DNA from: an uncultured Pseudomonadota bacterium
GTDB lineage: Bacteria; Myxococcota_A; Polyangia; Fen-1088
Assembly: GCA_963847705.1 (NCBI GenBank)
Contig: CAWKBC010000014.1
Location: forward strand, 264,847 to 328,846
DNA: 64,000 bases
Direction: 5' to 3'
Both the position numbers and the translations under genes were made by a program. This document shows, one piece after another, positions 60,476 to 64,000 of the stretch; the first letter of the stretch is position 1; each line of letters opens with the position of its first letter. The notes below the pieces were generated by a model. It was not told the origin of the DNA, did not search any database, and saw nothing but the letters and a program-made list of their open reading frames with translations.

Positions 60476-61282
60476 ATGTCCCAGCCGATTGACGATCTGC
60501 GATCCGAAGCTGACGACCTTAATGCTTTTCTGAGGGGACTCGGCCACCACGATTGGCATTGCCCCACGCCCTTCAAAGGATGGACGACCTGGGACGTCAT
60601 CGCGCACCTGTATTACTTCGACTTGGCGTCGATCATGGCCATGGAGAATCGTGACGAGTTCGAGCAGAGGCGTCCGGCCGTCGAACGAGCACAGTCTAGC
60701 GGGGTCATGGCGAGTCTCGTTCGCCAGGTCCTCGGTGAGATCGAGCCAGCAGAATTGCTCGCTAGGTGGCACACGAACTGCCACAGCTTGGCGGATCGGC
60801 TCGAAGCCGCTGAACCAAAGCGGCGGCTGCCATGGTTCGGCCCGGAAATGGGACTGCGCATGTTCGCAACGGCGCGCCTGATGGAAACGTGGGCTCACGG
60901 TCAGGACGTCTACGATCTCGTGCGCGTGCGACGCCCCTTGAGCGACCGCATCAAGCACATCGCGCTGATCGGAGTCCGTACGTTTCAGTGGACATTTCAG
61001 GTCCGCGGCCTCGAGATTCCGGGACCAGATCCCTACGTACGGCTCGTTGCGCCGTCGGGGGCTACTTGGGAATGGAACGATCCTGTCAACGTCAATCGAA
61101 TCGAAGGACTGGCAGTCGATTTCTGTCGAGTGGTATCCCAATGTCGAAACGTTGCCGATACCGACCTCTTCGTCGCCGGTCCGAGCGCCGAGCGATGGAT
61201 GTCGCTGGCGCAGTGTTTCGCGGGACTACCCAGCGATCCTCCGCGTCCGGGTGAACGTGCCTGGGAGCGCGAGGGAGCGTAG
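60476..61282 (+). CDS. MDMPI-superfamily metal-binding protein (TIGR03084-like)
   Basis: TPFKGWTTWDVIAHL, ARLMETWAHGQD, APSG..W.W, AQCFAG. Confidence 0.85.
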   Translation: MSQPIDDLRSEADDLNAFLRGLGHHDWHCPTPFKGWTTWDVIAHLYYFDLASIMAMENRDEFEQRRPAVERAQSSGVMASLVRQVLGEIEPAELLARWHTNCHSLADRLEAAEPKRRLPWFGPEMGLRMFATARLMETWAHGQDVYDLVRVRRPLSDRIKHIALIGVRTFQWTFQVRGLEIPGPDPYVRLVAPSGATWEWNDPVNVNRIEGLAVDFCRVVSQCRNVADTDLFVAGPSAERWMSLAQCFAGLPSDPPRPGERAWEREGA

Positions 61283-61482
61283 CTGCGCGAGTGGCCTCCA
61301 GGTGCCTTTAAAGTGCCTCCGTGATCGCGCAGCCAGGGGTTTTCGTCGGCCTCCGACCCGATCTCGCAGGTCATCGGAAAGTAAGCGGCCGACCTCGGCC
61401 CGTGCCGTCGGCGGCGCGCTGAACTGTTTCTGGAGCGCGCCATGGTCTTGTCGTCGAGCGGGTAACGGGCGGGACGCCGCCT

Positions 61483-61941
61483 CTAGCTCCGTGATCGCGT
61501 CAGCATGAAAGTGTGCTGCACCTCCTGCACGGCCTCATCGCGCTGATTGTAAATTGTCACAGCGAACTGACCGATCCCCACGTTCGCCTTCTGGGTGGGT
61601 CTCTTTTCCTTCATCACGACTCGGGCATTGATCGTGTCCCCAATGAAGACCGGCGCCACAAACTTAACCCGCAGCTCCAGCATGGCGAGCGCCGTGCCCT
61701 GCAAAATGCCGACCCGATCGAGTAACCCCAAGAACATGTCGTGGATTAGCGGACCATGAGGAATACGCGTTTTGAACGGACCAGTCTGCTTGCAGAACTC
61801 CTCGTCGACATGCAAGGGGTTGTAGTCACCCGTCAGTCCAGAGAAGCTCAAAAGATCGTGCTCGGTCACGGTGCGGGCGCCAGTCCAGAACTCCTCGCCG
61901 ACTGCGAACTGATCCCAGGTCTTGCCAGGGTAGTGCTTCAT
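61483..61941 (-). CDS. MaoC-family dehydratase
   Basis: FSGLTGDYNPLHVD, RIPHG, PVFIGDT. Confidence 0.9.
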   Translation of the reverse strand: MKHYPGKTWDQFAVGEEFWTGARTVTEHDLLSFSGLTGDYNPLHVDEEFCKQTGPFKTRIPHGPLIHDMFLGLLDRVGILQGTALAMLELRVKFVAPVFIGDTINARVVMKEKRPTQKANVGIGQFAVTIYNQRDEAVQEVQHTFMLTRSRS

Positions 61942-63035
61942 CAGGCGCCTCCGATCGACGACGCGGCGGTCTCGAGCGCGGTGATACTTACGCCCTGAAG
62001 AGTCGACGTCTTTTGCCATACGTGATTCATTTCGCCGAAGGGCCCACCCGAGCGGCCGACACCTCCGTTGACCGACAGACCATGGGAAAAGTCGAGATGT
62101 CGTGAGTTGATTCGCAGCATGCCGCTGTAGTGTGCATCGGCAATGAAACGCTGTGTGAAGTTGGGATCCCTCACCCACACGGAGGTTCGCAAGCCAAACG
62201 GATTCGCTTCCAAGAACTCGAGCATCTTGCGGAAGATCGCCTCGTCTTTGGCGACATCGTCTGCCTCGTCGCTTGATACCTTTATCAAAGGTAACAAAGG
62301 GAAGAACCCCTCCTCCCGTACACACCTCATCGAGGTCACCCTCTCGAGATTCGCGGCCACGACCGTGGGCGCAATAAAGTTACCGCCGGCATCGCGAGTT
62401 CCACGGTAGTCCATGCGGTACCCGCCCGTAAGCAACTGGGCGTCGTTGTCTTGGGCATCCTGTAGGAACTCCGCAAAGAGTGAGGCCTTGCCTACTGGTG
62501 CAAGAATCGTCTCCGGATCGCTTGGCAGACCGGGTTTGAGACCCTCGACCTTCTCGACGAAGATTCGGGCGAACTCGGCGTAGACCGCTTCGTGAACCAA
62601 TGCCTTCTTCGGAACCATGCACGCCTGCATGGATGCCATGAACGCATCGCACAAGGAGTCGGCGGCGCGATCCAGTGGGGCGTCCTTCCACACCACCAAG
62701 CAGTCACTGCCAGACAGCTCGAGAATGGGCTTCTTGTTCCTGGCGTAGATGCTCTCGCCAATCTGCAGTCCACTGTCGCTCTGTCCGAAAAAGCAGATCG
62801 ACCTGACGTTCGGATGTTCCATCCAATCCTGCATGAATCGGATCGAATCGCCGACGACGACATTTACGCATCCCGCCGGAGCGCCGTGTCGCTCCAGCGC
62901 CTTGCCCACGATGTTACGCCATAAGTAGATCGAACCGAGAGGCATCCGCTGGGGCGGTTTGATCACCATGGTATTGCCGACGAGTAGTGCTGTGACTGTC
63001 ATGAAGCCGACCACTGACGTATTGCGCGGGGTTGA
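61941..63035 (-). pseudogene. Aldehyde dehydrogenase, N-terminally truncated
   Basis: TPRN, GNTMVIKP, ILELSGSD, QAC, EEGFFP; first part of the fold missing. Confidence 0.8.
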
Positions 63036-63039
63036 TAGC

Positions 63040-63240
63040 TTCCTATCTTGCGACCGGGAGCAAGAGGAGGAAGCGAACTGGTTGGCGGGTTGTCTCCTAC
63101 TGCCCCGCCCCCTTCTAATTCGGTGCCTGTTGCGCCGTATGGACGAAGCAGCAATCGCTGCATCCTGCAAGGTCAGCGAAGAGATGGTGACCTATCGAAT
63201 CAACGTCACCGGGGTTAAACGACAACTGGCAAGAAGGTAA
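63040..63240 (+). pseudogene. ImmA/IrrE metallopeptidase C-terminal fragment
   Basis: EQEEEANWLAGCLLLPR...VSEEMVTYRIN; HExxH region absent. Confidence 0.75.
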
Positions 63241-63604
63241 GACCGCCGGTGGGCCCCGAGCTGAGCCAGCGATCTAGACCATATCTAGACCACAACATCG
63301 CGGACAGCGAAGCTCATTCCAGGCACGTATCAGGCCTGCGATCTGGAAGATGCGATCCTGGCGGGCCGGATCGGAATTCAGATCCGTCCTGCGTTCCCGA
63401 CGTACCCGTAGCAGCGAACCGTTCGATCGTTGAAGTATTAGAGGGCTATCCTACAGATCCGGACAGCGAACTGGGGACGATACATTTCGACGATTTCAGA
63501 GGGATATCGAACTGCCGTGACTCCCGCACAAACGAGAGCTTCGCAAAAACCTCTTGTTGAAAATCGTCGATGACTTTAGACATCGCGATTGAGGGCAGAG
63601 GTAG

Positions 63605-63653
63605 CGCAAGATAAAGCGCGGGAGCACACCCGCGCTAAGCGCCTGTCGGCGCT
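63605..63653. promoter_or_regulatory. oriT-like region with two adjacent hairpins
   Basis: GCAAGATAAAGCGCGGG-AGCACA-CCCGCGCT and AGCGCC-TGTC-GGCGCT. Confidence 0.4.
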
Positions 63654-63944
63654 AGGAAAAGTATAGAGAACGCCCGGATCGCCTCGATCGTCGCCGGCCG
63701 GCCGTCTGAGGTTGCGGCGGCCCTGCGGCTCCACGAATTTCCGACCGCCCTCGGGACCTTCGCCGCTACTCGGACCTCGGCTGCCCGAATTATCGGTATC
63801 GCACTTTCGGCGATCGGCCGGTCGGGTTCGGGCCCAATCCGAATCCCACCGGCAACGCTCGCCGCCGCCGTTTCGAGAACCGCTGTGACCGGTGACGAAA
63901 CTTTGTCCGTTCGTCGTCCCAGTTGCCGAGAAGGGGGGTGAGCC

Positions 63945-64000
63945 ATGAGACGCGGAATCCGAGTCCAGCCGTACCTTCCCGCTGATCTGTTTCAGAAGCT
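63945..64000 (+). CDS. Ribbon-helix-helix (CopG-like) protein, 3' partial
   Basis: Purine-rich RBS; MRRGIRVQPYLPADLFQKL. Confidence 0.5.
   Translation, partial: MRRGIRVQPYLPADLFQK

Larger units (their letters stand above)
56388..64000. mobile_element. Tandem or degraded integrative elements at a tRNA locus
   Basis: Integrase, two excisionase-like genes, two tRNA 3' fragments, ImmA fragment, oriT-like hairpins, lower GC. Confidence 0.7.

Overview
High-GC bacterial chromosomal window, very likely a myxobacterium (Myxococcota, Polyangia-like): CarQ/CarR homologues, sigma54 enhancer-binding regulators and many Gly-linker/Cys-rich lipoproteins. The left ~47 kb holds a C39 peptidase with a double-glycine substrate gene, a porin/MFS uptake pair, two sigma54 two-component systems, cstA/ybdD, a photolyase-ybgA-carotenoid (crtY-E-I-B) cluster with carQ/carR, and a large lipoprotein plus di-haem (MauG/CcP superfamily) pair. 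The best candidate for an undescribed system is 14756-22506. It is a sigma54 regulon marked by two matching enhancer palindromes. It links a Gly/His/Trp-rich secreted peptide and an HK/RR pair to an operon of glutathionylspermidine-synthase-like ATP-grasp ligase, GFGG-tailed lipoprotein and two Fe/2OG-like oxygenases. The right ~17 kb is a lower-GC accessory region with gene fragments, a tyrosine integrase, two tRNA 3'-half (att-like) remnants (Val-CAC, Asp-GTC), an excisionase and a probable oriT/RHH gene start. Several single-base frameshifts may be sequencing artefacts. All family calls come from motif recognition by eye, not database searches.
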